Of a stretch of DNA of 64,000 nucleotides, positions 62,357-64,000 are shown one piece after another. The stretch comes from Octopus bimaculoides (Eukaryota). Within the stretch, counting starts at the first letter, position 1. Each line of letters starts with the position of its first letter. The translations under genes and the position numbers were made by a program. Under the pieces are notes generated by a model, which saw nothing but the letters and a program-made list of their open reading frames with translations, searched no databases and was not told the origin of the DNA. The DNA is taken from positions 118,656,632 through 118,720,631 of the forward strand of contig NC_068983.1 of NCBI RefSeq assembly GCF_001194135.2. Direction: 5' to 3'.

Positions 62357-62575
62357 ACTCTTTTACTTGTTTCAGTCATTTGACTGTGGCCATGCTGGAG
62401 CACCGCCTTTAGTCGAGCAAATCGACCTCAGGACTTATTCTTTGGAAGCCTAGTACTTATTCTATTGGGGTCTTTTGCCGAACAGCTAAGTTACGGGGAC
62501 GTAAACACACCACCATCGGCTGTCAAGCGATGTTGGGGAGACAAACACAGACACACAAACATATACACATACATA
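62357..62575 (-). mobile_element. SINE family A, 3' half
   Basis: Reverse complement of 35300-35515, CpG-rich. Confidence 0.88.
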
Positions 62576-63454
62576 TTTTTTTAATTTTTTTTTAATTTTT
62601 TTTTTAAAGTTTCAGCTTAGAGCTGCGGCCATGCTGATGCACATATACATNNNNNNNNNNNNNNNNNNNNNNNNNNNNNNNNNNNNNNNNNNNNNNNNNN
62701 NNNNNNNNNNNNNNNNNNNNNNNNNNNNNNNNNNNNNNNNNNNNNNNNNNNNNNNNNNNNNNNNNNNNNNNNNNNNNNNNNNNNNNNNNNNNNNNNNNNN
62801 NNNNNNNNNNNNNNNNNNNNNNNNNNNNNNNNNNNNNNNNNNNNNNNNNNNNNNNNNNNNNNNNNNNNNNNNNNNNNNNNNNNNNNNNNNNNNNNNNNNN
62901 NNNNNNNNNNNNNNNNNNNNNNNNNNNNNNNNNNNNNNNNNNNNNNNNNNNNNNNNNNNNNNNNNNNNNNNNNNNNNNNNNNNNNNNNNNNNNNNNNNNN
63001 NNNNNNNNNNNNNNNNNNNNNNNNNNNNNNNNNNNNNNNNNNNNNNNNNNNNNNNNNNNNNNNNNNNNNNNNNNNNNNNNNNNNNNNNNNNNNNNNNNNN
63101 NNNNNNNNNNNNNNNNNNNNNNNNNNNNNNNNNNNNNNNNNNNNNNNNNNNNNNNNNNNNNNNNNNNNNNNNNNNNNNNNNNNNNNNNNNNNNNNNNNNN
63201 NNNNNNNNNNNNNNNNNNNNNNNNNNNNNNNNNNNNNNNNNNNNNNNNNNNNNNNNNNNNNNNNNNNNNNNNNNNNNNNNNNNNNNNNNNNNNNNNNNNN
63301 NNNNNNNNNNNNNNNNNNNNNNNNNNNNNNNNNNNNNNCTAATCGACTTGCCCCCTACGCTCAAAATTACTAGTTGTGTGCCAAAATTAGAAAGATTGTT
63401 ATTATTTGTTTATTTGCAAGTTAGTAAATAAACCTGGGTGCCTGTAATGCAAAG

Positions 63455-63625
63455 AGCCAGCCTTGTCACACTGTGTCACGCTGAATATCCCCGAGAACTA
63501 CATTAAGGGTATACGTGTCTGTGGAGTGCTCAACCACTTGCACGTTAATTTGACGAGCAGGCTGTTCCGTTGATCGGATCAACCGGAACCCTCGACGACG
63601 TAATCGACGGAGTGCCAACAACAAA
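63455..63625 (+). mobile_element. 3' half of the same SINE family as 31677-32057
   Basis: GCCAGCCTTGTCACACTGTGTCACGCTGAATATCCCCGAGAACTAC...GGAGTGCCAAC. Confidence 0.88.
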
Positions 63626-63639
63626 TAAACCTGGATTGC

Positions 63640-63800
63640 CTAAAACCATAACCTCTGGAATCTCCTTCCCGCTCACATCTTTTCCTACAGATATCGACAT
63701 GCAACAGCTTAAACGGAATATTCTAAGGGCAGCAAGCTCACCAGTCTCGGAAGTTCTGCAAGGGTCATGAGCTCTGCTCTTTCCTTCGTCTCTGCAAATA
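63640..63800 (+). mobile_element. LINE (L2/CR1/Jockey group) extreme 3' fragment
   Basis: Reads LWNLLPAHIF-(frameshift)-PTDIDMQQLKRNI, resembling the WNxLP terminal motif of these ORF2 proteins. Confidence 0.55.
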
Positions 63801-64000
63801 GAATAAAAATGTGGAGATGTAGCTGCAATGGGCCCACCCCACCTCCCTTGATTAATTGGTTAAAAAAAGAAAAACATTTAGGCGAAATAGCCAAGTGAGT
63901 AATGAATTGGTTCAAACATCTTGAGTTTAAATCTACCGCAAGTATTTCCTTGCGTTTCTTCGTATTTGATTTCTACATTAAATCGGTTAGGCCAGCTATC

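Noticed and set aside
63690-63763. Plus-strand exon candidate after TTTTCCTACAG
   Set aside because: It is continuous with an upstream LWNLLPAH LINE-type motif, so it is more likely a retroelement 3' end.

Overview
AT-rich, microsatellite-dense eukaryotic draft-assembly DNA with many N gaps. The repeat content (abundant tRNA-derived SINEs with an internal microsatellite, RTE and CR1/L2-type LINE fragments, mariner MITEs) points to a cephalopod, most likely Octopus; this is inference, not a database match. There is no intact long ORF and no protein I can name as a host gene. Most ORF-track entries are microsatellite or N-gap artefacts. Recognisable coding remnants are a full-length but dead Merlin (IS1595/ISXO2-type DDE) transposon at 40.4-41.5 kb, a 5'-truncated RTE LINE with a PHD-like finger at 22.5-24.8 kb, a second RTE piece, CR1/L2-type 3' ends and a rearranged mariner. 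CpG is visibly scarce from 1 to about 46.3 kb (except about 26.8-29.9 kb and young repeats) and common to the right. Together with several good minus-strand splice sites, this suggests a methylated minus-strand gene body with a 5' end near 49 kb; the exon calls are tentative. The most interesting signals are five Penelope-type minimal hammerhead-ribozyme motifs (two sharing a non-canonical CCGA core), GG-ended MITEs (two with near-perfect 8-bp target-site duplications, two carrying telomere-like repeats) alongside the Merlin element, and two perfect hairpins, one enclosing a candidate splice acceptor.
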